From Cenarchaeum sp. (GTDB lineage Archaea > Thermoproteota > Nitrososphaeria > Nitrososphaerales > Nitrosopumilaceae): a stretch of 64,000 bases of DNA. The stretch covers positions 928,001 through 992,000 of the forward strand of contig CBDESU010000001.1 in assembly GCA_965242695.1 (NCBI GenBank), in the 5' to 3' direction. Every line of letters begins with the position of its first letter. Positions within the stretch are counted from its first letter, which is position 1. Positions 10,701 to 16,559 of the stretch are shown here, piece by piece. A model generated the notes under the pieces. It searched no databases. It was not told where the DNA came from and was given only the letters and a program-made list of their open reading frames with translations. The translations under genes were made by a program, and so were the position numbers.

Positions 10701-11913
10701 CGGCGGAGGCGGAGGCGGCTCGATCATACCGACCGGCTCGGGCGGCCCTGTGCTGTACTCTGCCTCGTGGGACTGCGGCGACGGCACCGTTCGGATGGCG
10801 GTCAACAGCGGCATGCGCTCGCCCGACATTGCGGTCGTCTCGTCAAGCGGCACGGTCCCTGCGACACTGGCAGACGTGCAGGACATGTCGGGGCGGACGA
10901 TCTACGAGGCGCCGCTGCCGGTGGACGGCACATTCTCGATCAGGGCCACCGCGGTGGACGGCCGGGCGGTCTCGTCTGTGTCAGAGGCTGTCCGCACGGG
11001 CGGCGCCTGCACCGGCGAGACGGTCTTTAGGCAGTACGTCCCGGGCGACGGCACCGCGCAGCCGGCCGGCATGTCCGGCGAGGATGCGGCGGGCGGCGCA
11101 CAGCCGGCGCCGGCCAAGGAGGATGGGCAGGAGCCGCCGCGGGAGCAGGGGCAGGAGGATCAGCGCCGGCCGGACACCCCCGTTGAACTGCCGCCGCCCG
11201 GGGGCGGCGCCGGCGCGGCAGGCGAGCCCGATCTGGTGCGCCCCGCCTTTGAGATCGAGGAGGGCCGCGACGCGTCGTACTATGTCAAGCGGTATGCCGA
11301 GCAGCCGGCGTACCGCGAGTGGTTCGACTCTTCGTACCCGCAGTATGCCGACATTTGCGAGGCGGTCGGGGCGGCGCCCGGCTGCGTAGAGGCCCACCTG
11401 GCCGGCAAGGCGATCGAGCCCAAGACCGGAACGGACGACGAGGGCGATGCCGCTACGGACCGCGAGCCGCCGGCCGTGCCGGCCGCGCCGGGCGATGACG
11501 ACTCGGGCTGCCTGATCGCGACTGCCGCGTACGGGACCGAGCTTGCCCCGCAGGTGCAGGCCCTGCGCGAGTACAGGGACGGGGCGCTTCTTGCGACGGG
11601 CTCGGGCTCGGCGTTCATGTCCGCATTCTCGCCGGCGTACTATGCGTTTTCGCCCTACGTGGCGGACCTGGAGCGCGAGCACCCTGCGCTCCGCCAGGCG
11701 GTCGCCGCCATGATAACGCCGATGCTCTACACGCTCCAGGTGGCAGCGCAGGCCGATCCCGCCTCGGAAGGGTCGGTGCTTTCCTACGGGATCGCCGCCA
11801 TCCTGCTCGTGTCCGCAGTGTATGCGGGGGTTCCGGCGGCCGGCGCGGCCGCCGCTGCGTGGGCCGTCCGCCGTTGCCGCCGCCGCGGGCGCGCGCGCCC
11901 GACCTTGGCCTGA
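1729..11913 (+). CDS. Giant surface protein (3394 aa) with Ig-like domains, LVIVD-type beta-propeller repeats, ~100-aa stalk repeats and CFI-box-CTERM anchor
   Basis: It has a hydrophobic N-terminus and bacterial Ig-like units (VTIVLDTTPPDVP). Many Y(A/L)xVA...GVQIIDVTDP repeats are followed by repeated DGxAP...YSEPV...DxxGN units and a Gly-rich linker. The C-terminus is GCLIATAAYGTELAPQVQALREYRD plus a TM helix and basic tail. The true start may be upstream (see findings). Confidence 0.88.
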   Translation: MAAVLVAASASSPLLFDAADAQSSTIVAPPAILTPPSTVAVASQAVDGTAPPGSSVSVHRGDSAIATVQADGVSGYWVATVALVEGSNLLTAVAELSGTSSDPSAPVTIVLDTTPPDVPAIGNAGGETAPSRMHVIRGTAEPSVLVEVFVNGTWAQSAVSRYDTGQWFIKVLLAEGTNTVTARTVDGLGNPSAMSPVLSITAPQGQPPAESIEDPPKSTSVIRDNTGTVALTSPFAVAAFEHGGRAYAAAAAGGAAAVQVIDFTDPSSPEAAEPIKDADRNLGQPRDIEIFTAASGDRIAAVASHRPGAVELIDMSDPLMPEFLGAGAAYGDKDEDGAVEYPGLLGARDASVFSLTNASSGEVRTYLIVASDYGRTDLDPGGFQILDITTPAAPVPVSSKSMATRNENGDHTLVRPLYAIPWIDPAGSYALNTHMPKTIATYDAGGDPVAAVEGVGGLPGYGGQSFDLPTEVLQDQGGAWALKTNTIVQVMNSTNRTVSMANSSGAGPVTIHDAADCPPPPDPSLPVAVVCGGQNALVLVHNADTPGDKSDDYVAEVYADAFYGTYSYPVAKRVDGRLLAVGPDLVPFPLSGVDAANATFNVLGGAGSVDTFAVGGGAYAIVAASESGGVQIVNVTDPYSPMVAAGVLDGETDANSREFRLEGAAGVRTWNASGRVYAAVSYGSPNGPADGVQIIDVTDPSGPTAVSRAVDVAGTSRDELSTLGGAAGIEVFERGGRTYLLVAASEDDGFQIIDVTDPASPAEADRGRDGSRCSTAARYSALGGAVASDTLAIGGGLYAVVAAESDDGVQVVDIADPDGMVALGTAFDERGGFSEMHDPISAEAVEIDGRTYVLVASFQDDEGGYGHGGGVQIIDVTDPSDPRAAAALQPFRPSQFKLLEGVRYIDTFVVGGSTYAIITAESPKDHTLSPPADQGAFTIADISNPTRPRFIAGVIDGQSDVNGGTFDMLNAPAGVETAVIDGRTYAVIAARGPHGQEHGVQIVDVSTPASPLAVASIRDGGPDGHGGTYSALRRAHGVDIAQIGEGWYALVASIADDGVQLINITDPSSPRVASNITDAVASTNLDGARNLRAFEKGGNSYAIVVSTFDDALQVLNITDPASPVPIDTVTDHSGAITSDRHFTELVAPYDIDLFELGGDTYAASTCQKDGACHGMQITNMSNPAQITAPTEIWDEGGASAINGARGVATFEIDGSVHALVTGYGEDAAEVFRLTNFTDPAAPSVVRAELDRGRGMLHIEFSERVKTGSMEYNLGSITVRDGSTSASVGLSGARLAGQLGGQLGIKTVEIAMNGTQAADVRGFESPLIDLAAGAFADLSGTDSAAASGIIPEIVTSRPELLEAGLNLGTGELVLAFTEAVDYATANLSRISVYSAGDEQVRHGPVGVVPGDSDSADLTVRLGEGARQAVMAIAGVPLVDVLDGAVNSSASNLPSVGYRGSPLDPVIRDRVDPVLLSALLSGSDLRLVFNENVIATPDAVDLALIYVRDRAGESEVSLNGSTLLTNVNGTELLVRLTAAQSASVASYGDPVVDLRLGGPYSAVQDVSGQGSGPATVLLASSDGSFRPTFEARAVSPSQIRVEFSTDVAADASDTRAWLLGGRDAGVLSVASYPVPSGRSALLTLSGALPSTAPVLTLEYVPGHATISGADSGRELAGAAVDVADGIPPVLQSARIVSADAIDVEYSEPVAGDRNAYSAPMLESAGDRTVAGLADGGTAVHRITLGGDPAATGDTGTIGVDETALADLDGNALGTNSSKRVELDDGQAPAVASARITGSNTITVEYSEPVVPATSAYIGLELSPGGVRTPTGPPPGHAEMLHAVTFDPGAAPNATGTLTINRTVLFDGAGNRMEGAMPLVQGVWDGQSPTLERSAFTGHNSLTLGYSEPVAAPLAAYTMLMIDGDPDGREIVDFEGNSTDRHVLEFNGAAVARGATGSMSIDAAAVLDLAAPAKNALAGIGSEPVGIVDDRVLSVVSAKVTGPGNATIQYNREVAAQAGDYTSLMIDGSPREVLRLDGGGSSDAHVVWFSPGDAPPNATGSVRIDAASVRDGDGNQLGTNPQVLNLTDGQAPAVSGATAVSLRTVLVEFSEPVSARGTDGHGGWRVSGGDSASRSVLSRSGTSQASTEMTLTLDGDLASTDPDVALSYTAGAVDSVPVIDAGGNALDTAASVSIADGIDPVLISAVVTAGNTLTVRYSEPVEAPLSAYAGLTLPPADDRPFTALEGNGTAIHNVTFGGAAAAIGSLGNATVDAAAVHDLAAAPNPLGDEALVVELTDAGMPSIASARIVRPGAAVVEYDKPSMAPLSAYLSITVDGLSKRITDLSGSPGRMHTIGFAPADARPNATGTIVVNASAVSSLAGIALGNASVERDLADGQAPGFGAEAVSLNMIRAVFDEPVHAAETAGAGGWSVSGADAAGIAVSLRSGAPPGSGVMMLALDGNLSDTAPDGVVLLYDPASGSVQDAAGNRLRQGSAAVADRIAPAIASAFLSGGNNATVRYTEPVNASADPPAYSGLALSPGGPREIARFTAGLDADHTVEFGGAPAAAGATGTLAVNGSLVLDGAGNRLAGGAALAQALDSGPPAARPPPAGSSPDRVRAASSAVFATPNTVVIMYSHALAPPPAHAGPVYGSVVVDLAGGPSSRAVVSEDGIGTAEHTVRFGGDPVGAGRGGTIELLVDLESTAEGENGTRAWHEAGRIRVDPAGPDAGTVVVSPSQPVRIVEIVRDSFERTVNATAAGAAARPAINVTGLLVQSPSAPAGAAVFPADRSVVVAASFAEVSFPPNVTATLLPADGLLELYVAPDRPNASSVSAALGYDEDSITVNRAVEVGDDAVHIYFDLPVRILLAGQAGGSAFYVNNTSGAVVPISAACRADGTAAVHGQLGGSGECQIDSGEDKAIHTYHLTVFGTASIGDSGEHTMVVTLVPAQPGGGNGGGGPPVVVVPPGGQRPQEQPQTGTPFFGGGGGGGRGGGGGGGGGSIIPTGSGGPVLYSASWDCGDGTVRMAVNSGMRSPDIAVVSSSGTVPATLADVQDMSGRTIYEAPLPVDGTFSIRATAVDGRAVSSVSEAVRTGGACTGETVFRQYVPGDGTAQPAGMSGEDAAGGAQPAPAKEDGQEPPREQGQEDQRRPDTPVELPPPGGGAGAAGEPDLVRPAFEIEEGRDASYYVKRYAEQPAYREWFDSSYPQYADICEAVGAAPGCVEAHLAGKAIEPKTGTDDEGDAATDREPPAVPAAPGDDDSGCLIATAAYGTELAPQVQALREYRDGALLATGSGSAFMSAFSPAYYAFSPYVADLEREHPALRQAVAAMITPMLYTLQVAAQADPASEGSVLSYGIAAILLVSAVYAGVPAAGAAAAAWAVRRCRRRGRARPTLA

Positions 11914-12209
11914 GCAGTTCGCATGTCGGCGAGCAGATCCGCACCCTGCCACGGGCCTGCCGGCCCGGCGGCGGATCGCACTGCATCTTGTTGCCGCCAG
12001 GCGCGCCCTTTAGGGCATATCGCGATCATCCCTCTGGCCCCGTCCCGCGGACCGCCTTGCTCGGGCTTGGCGCACGGCCTCTGCCGTGTGCAGGAGCCTG
12101 TTTGGCGCCACCGGCCGCGCAGCTGCGCCCCGTTGCGGTGCGACAGGGGCGCGGCCCGGCGCCGTGGCGTTCGCCTGCCGGCGGACGCCGCCTCCGAGCC
12201 CCTGCGCGC

Positions 12210-13682
12210 TCAGCACATAAGCAGGTAGAGCCACATGGGGATCGTGACGATCTTGCCGTCGTCGTCGAGGCCAATCCCCTCGTCGGACACGACAAGCCCG
12301 ACGCTTGTCCCAAACTTTTCGGCAAACCTCCTGATCCCGCGAAAATCCGACTCCCTTGTGCGCCTCCCGTGCTTTGACTCGACCGGCAGCGCCTTGCCGC
12401 CTATCCGGACTACCGCATCGACCTCGTCGCCCTTGCTGTTCCTCCAATAGTAAATGTACCTTCCGCTTACTCTGTCGTACCACCGCGCAAGGCGCATCGT
12501 ATGGTCGCACACGACAGTCTCTGCGACCCGCCTAATGTCGGCGGGATCGGACAGGATATCGCCGGCCAGCGCGCGCAGTGCGGCCGTGCGCGTGCCGGGA
12601 TCTCCTATGTACACCCTCTTGTCCGCGCGTGCGCGCACGCCGGGGTCTTCCGAGTAGAGCTCGGCATCCTGCACGAGATATGCAGCCTTGAGCAGGTGCA
12701 GGTACTGCTTTGTGGTTTCCCTGCCGACGTCCAGATCCCTTGCCAGCCTGCTGACGTTGATCGTCTGGGGCGACTTCCAGGCAAGCATCGAGATGAGCCT
12801 GTCGATCGATGCGGGGTTCTTGACGCCGCCAATCCGGACAATGTCCTTGTATATTGCAAGCTGGAGATGGTGGCGGAGCATCTCTCTCTTCTCGCCCGCA
12901 TTGTCCTTGGTGGCGACGCCTGGCCGACCGCCGTACATCATGTACTGGAGCAGGTGTGCCCTGAGCGAATCGCTGTATCCTCCCAGGTCCAGGTGCGCGG
13001 ACCTTGCCGCGGCATAGAACGTCTCCGCATTCCCCTCTGCAAGTGCCTGTCCCAGCGCGCTGCGCATATCGGCACCGGCCTGTGCCGCGTGGCCAAAGCC
13101 CTTGAGGGACGCGTACTCGGGGAACGAAAGGGGCATGACTTCTTGGTACCTCATCCTGCCAATCAACGACTCGGATGCCCCGCTGAGTATGCCGATGCTG
13201 GATGATCCCGACACGATGAACTTTGCGTTGTATCCCAGGTCTACCCACCGCTTGAGGATGCGCTGCCATCCGTCGACCTCTTGGATCTCGTCAAGCAGGA
13301 TGTAGACCCTCTCGCTTATGTCGCCGAGTGGCTCTCTGACCACCACCCCCACGTACCACTCGAGTATGTGGCGCATGTACTCTGGGCCGGATGTCAGCGA
13401 CGGCTCGTCAAGTGAAGCGTACATGACTCTTTTGGGGTCGTCCACCTCTCTTACCAGCTTTGCGGCCAGCTGCATCATCATGGCTGTCTTGCCCATTTGA
13501 CGGGCCCCGATCAAGGTGCATATCTGGCGATCGCCAAGGCGGTCAACGATAGTGGCAAAGTCTGTTCTAGTGCACTTGGGGACGTCCGATGCATGCTGCA
13601 CCCCTCCACGATTCCACCACGGATTCTGGTTGTTCATTACTACGTTGAGCCTTACGTCGTCGCTGTACTCACCTGCGGACAT
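12210..13682 (-). CDS. AAA_14 ATPase with DUF4143 C-terminal domain
   Basis: Motifs in order: N-terminal NPWW, Walker A GARQMGKT, Walker B ILLDEIQ, VSGSSS, YMMYGGRP, KRVYIGDPG and YYWR...EVDAVV...PVESK. Confidence 0.9.
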   Translation of the reverse strand: MSAGEYSDDVRLNVVMNNQNPWWNRGGVQHASDVPKCTRTDFATIVDRLGDRQICTLIGARQMGKTAMMMQLAAKLVREVDDPKRVMYASLDEPSLTSGPEYMRHILEWYVGVVVREPLGDISERVYILLDEIQEVDGWQRILKRWVDLGYNAKFIVSGSSSIGILSGASESLIGRMRYQEVMPLSFPEYASLKGFGHAAQAGADMRSALGQALAEGNAETFYAAARSAHLDLGGYSDSLRAHLLQYMMYGGRPGVATKDNAGEKREMLRHHLQLAIYKDIVRIGGVKNPASIDRLISMLAWKSPQTINVSRLARDLDVGRETTKQYLHLLKAAYLVQDAELYSEDPGVRARADKRVYIGDPGTRTAALRALAGDILSDPADIRRVAETVVCDHTMRLARWYDRVSGRYIYYWRNSKGDEVDAVVRIGGKALPVESKHGRRTRESDFRGIRRFAEKFGTSVGLVVSDEGIGLDDDGKIVTIPMWLYLLMC

Positions 13683-13700
13683 GCCGAGGCTTCTCCACGT

Positions 13701-13720
13701 GAATATTTAAACTGTATATT
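13701..13720 (-). promoter_or_regulatory. TATA box of the first DUF4143 ATPase
   Basis: Minus-strand TTTAAATA at 13704-13711 lies ~22-29 bp upstream of ATG 13682. Confidence 0.6.
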
Positions 13721-13755
13721 GAACATGGCAAAAATTCCCTGTTTTTTGCAATTAT

Positions 13756-13897
13756 ACATGGCACTAGCCACGCCTGTACTGCAACCACACATGGCACTAG
13801 CCACGCCTGTACTGCAACCACACATGGCACTAGCCACGCCTGTACTGCAACCACACATGGCACTAGCCACGCCTGTACTGCAACCACACATGGCACT
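13756..13897. repeat. Perfect 33-bp tandem repeat, ~4.3 copies, plus a degenerate AT-rich copy at 13725-13757
   Basis: The unit atggcactagccacgcctgtactgcaaccacac starts at 13758, 13791, 13824 and 13857, with a partial copy at 13890. There are no spacers. Confidence 0.95.
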
Positions 13898-13980
13898 TGG
13901 AGGGGGCCTCTACAGAGCGAGAGTGATGGGGTAGGAGGAAGGTGTCAAGTACGACGGGGTCGTCAGGGTACCAAACGATC

Positions 13981-14260
13981 ATGGTGCGCAAGCAGTGGAC
14001 AGTCAAGGCGCGGGCTGACATGGCGGCAGAGTTCCTCCCGACGGACGTCGGCGCAGCCGAGATGTGCCGCAAGCACGGCGTCCCGCCGGCCACGTTCGGC
14101 GGCTGGCGGAGGAGGCTCATGGAGGTGGGGAGCGGAGATATTGCCGGCGGCGGGAACGATCCCGCCCGGGCGCCGGCCAGGTAGTGCTAGCCGCTCAAAA
14201 TCGTCGCAGCCGGGGAGGCCCCGGCCATCGCCGAGATGCAAGAAGTCTTGGATGCGAGGG
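13981..14260 (+). pseudogene. IS3-family OrfA-like HTH transposase remnant
   Basis: MVRKQWTVKARADMAAEFL...AEMCRKHGVPPATFGGWRRRLMEVG resembles HTH_Tnp_1 proteins. There is a stop at 14184 and no DDE OrfB follows. Confidence 0.6.
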
Positions 14261-14315
14261 GCGGAGTGGGCGCGGCCCGGAGGACGACGGCGGCCGGCCG
14301 GCCGATCACAGGCCG

Positions 14316-14981
14316 CTAGGCGTCGTCGGCGCCGCCGCGGCTGGGCGATCCGGCATGCCCCGCCGCCCCTGCTCGCCTCCCGGGATCGGCCCTGCGCCTG
14401 CGGCTGCTCTCGTTCCTGCTGAGCCGCAGGCCCTCGGCGCGGCACGCCGCGGAGCAGTAGCGGACGGAGCGGTTGGGCGTCGAGAACTTTTTGCCGCACG
14501 TCTTGCAGTCCACGCGCAGCACCCTGACGGACTCCCTGTCGGCCCTTGCCGTGCATCGCCTGCAGTAGGCGCGGTTGGTGCTACCGCCGTACTGCGCAAA
14601 GCTGCGGCCGCACAGCCTGCATGCCGTCGACCTCGCCGGCGAGGCGCGCGGCCGCGCGCCCCTTCTTCCCGCGGCGGACTTGGCGGCGGCGCGCGCCCTG
14701 GCGCGCGCCATGGCGATGGCGTACTTTTCGGGGTCGGACAGGTACCGCTGGACATACTCGCGGTTGTGGCGGCGCTTGGCCTCGGTGCGGCACGGATCAG
14801 AGCAGTACCTGGCCGAGGTGCGCTTTGCCGAGAACTTCTTGCCGCACTCCCCGCACTCTGCGGCCGGCGCCCGGGCGATCTCCCCGCCGGCCTTGGCCTC
14901 GCACTCCACACAGTGCGAGCGGCCGCGCCCGCGCCGCGCAAGGTTGCGGCCGCACAGCCTACAGGAGGCAGACTCTGCCAT
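14316..14981 (-). CDS. Cys-rich zinc-finger repeat protein (221 aa)
   Basis: It carries two copies of CRLCGR...CxxC...CxxCGKKFS...RYCSxxCR. Start re-called at ATG 14981, with minus-strand TTATAAC at ~15004-15010. Confidence 0.75.
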   Translation of the reverse strand: MAESASCRLCGRNLARRGRGRSHCVECEAKAGGEIARAPAAECGECGKKFSAKRTSARYCSDPCRTEAKRRHNREYVQRYLSDPEKYAIAMARARARAAAKSAAGRRGARPRASPARSTACRLCGRSFAQYGGSTNRAYCRRCTARADRESVRVLRVDCKTCGKKFSTPNRSVRYCSAACRAEGLRLSRNESSRRRRADPGRRAGAAGHAGSPSRGGADDA

Positions 14982-15159
14982 TGCGCCGCCCGGCGGGCGC
15001 TGTGTTATAAGGTTGGCTAGCGACAGGCGAGGGCGCCGGCGGGCGCGGCTTTGGGCGGCCCCGCGCGCGGCGCGCCGTGCGCTGCGCCCTGCTGCCCTCC
15101 GTCCCCCGCATGCCTGCCTGGCCCCTGCCCCGGCCGAGCAAGGCCGCGGCCGCCTGCCG

Positions 15160-15993
15160 CTACCCACGCCCCCTGCGCCGCCCCCGCCTCTCCGCAAGGG
15201 CCATCCCCGCAGCGTACAGCACGATCATGGGCCCCCCGATGAACCACATCGTGACGCCGCTGCCGTCGGGCGTGATTGCGGCGCCGAATATGACTATGGC
15301 CACTACCGCATACCTGATGTTTGACCGCCAGAACCGCGCGCCGACGATCCCGGATGCGGTCGCCGCGTACATCGCGAGCGGCAGCTGGAACGATGCGCCG
15401 AACGCGAGGAGAAAGTGGAGGACGAACCCGACAAAGTCGATCACGTTGAGGAACGTCACCAGCCCGGCAGACTCGCCGTACCTGTACAGGAACTCTAGCA
15501 CGTACGGCACGACCAGGACGTACGCGAACGCGCAGCCGCCGGCGAACAGGCCGACGGCCGGCAGCGCCATCGACCTGCCTAGCCGCGCCTCGCCCGCGGC
15601 CAGGGCGGGCCGCACGAACGCGGCCGCCTCCCTTGCGATAAGCGGCATCGAGGCGGCAAGGGCCGCGAGGGCCGCGATGTACACCTGCGCAAAGAACGCC
15701 TCGCCGGGGGCCGTCTGTATGAGCGAGACGCCCTCGGGCACGAGCGTGCGGCCCATGATGGCCGTCATCTGGGCTGCCATGTTGTTGAGCGGGTCGGGTA
15801 TGGGATAGTAGAGGACAAGTGCGATGCCGGCGATGTCGACCGGGACCGGCTCGGCATGGAACGTCAGGAGGAACGCCGCAATGCCGGCCACGGCGGCGGC
15901 GATGCGCAGGACGCGCCTGCGCAGCTCGTCCAGGTGGGGCCCCGCGGCGCCGATCCCCGACACGCCGGCCGCGCCGCGGCCCTCACTATTCAT
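15160..15993 (-). CDS. tatC: Twin-arginine translocase subunit TatC
   Basis: Motifs HLDELRRRVLR, LIQTAPGEAFFAQVY, FVRPAL, FGASFQLP and FGAAITPDGSGVTMWFIGGPMIVLY, with multiple TM helices. Confidence 0.95.
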   Translation of the reverse strand: MNSEGRGAAGVSGIGAAGPHLDELRRRVLRIAAAVAGIAAFLLTFHAEPVPVDIAGIALVLYYPIPDPLNNMAAQMTAIMGRTLVPEGVSLIQTAPGEAFFAQVYIAALAALAASMPLIAREAAAFVRPALAAGEARLGRSMALPAVGLFAGGCAFAYVLVVPYVLEFLYRYGESAGLVTFLNVIDFVGFVLHFLLAFGASFQLPLAMYAATASGIVGARFWRSNIRYAVVAIVIFGAAITPDGSGVTMWFIGGPMIVLYAAGMALAERRGRRRGRG

Positions 15994-16457
15994 TATTTGG
16001 CAGGGATGGGCAGGAGCTTTGCCTCGGGCAGGCCCGCCTCGCGCGCCTCGTCCTCGGTCAGGCCGCCGAACTCTAGCGTTATGGTCGCCGTCGCGCCGAG
16101 CTCTGCCTCCAGGTCGCTCGCGAGCGAGGCGATGTCGGCGGCGGCGAATATCTCGTCAGAGCCGCGCAGGATCACGCGCTCGCCCTTTTCCTCGTCGCGC
16201 CCGCCGAACCGCTTCCTGAGGAAGCGCGTGATCGACGGCAGCTCGGAGCGCGGTATGTTGTTGTGGTAGTAGGCGATGCCCCTTACGGGGTCGTAGTCTA
16301 CGGGGGTGCCGTCCCTGTACATGAACACGCCGACGAACCGCGCCTCGTCCTCGGGCGGCCTGACGCACTTTATGTCCCAGTTGAGGATGCGGTCCTCTGG
16401 GTACGACAGGGCGGCAAGGTCGCCGGCCGAGAGCTTCCAGTAGCGCAGGCGCGTCAA
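15993..16457 (-). CDS. Conserved hypothetical protein, coupled to tatC
   Basis: 154 aa with normal globular composition. Its stop overlaps the tatC ATG, and minus-strand TTTTATA lies at ~16483-16489. Confidence 0.8.
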   Translation of the reverse strand: MTRLRYWKLSAGDLAALSYPEDRILNWDIKCVRPPEDEARFVGVFMYRDGTPVDYDPVRGIAYYHNNIPRSELPSITRFLRKRFGGRDEEKGERVILRGSDEIFAAADIASLASDLEAELGATATITLEFGGLTEDEAREAGLPEAKLLPIPAK

Positions 16458-16559
16458 CGGGGGCGCGGCGCGGCGCGCCCCGTATAAAACGAGCGGCCGC
16501 GGGGCCGGCGCGCGCGCGGCAGGCGAGCGCCTTATAGCGGGGCGGATGGGCGGCCCGGC

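Noticed and set aside
13756-13897. 33-bp array as a CRISPR array, or as coding (MALATPVLQPH repeats)
   Set aside because: The units are contiguous with no spacers and there are no cas genes. The ORFs across it overlap the ATPase start and promoter and simply reflect a period divisible by 3.
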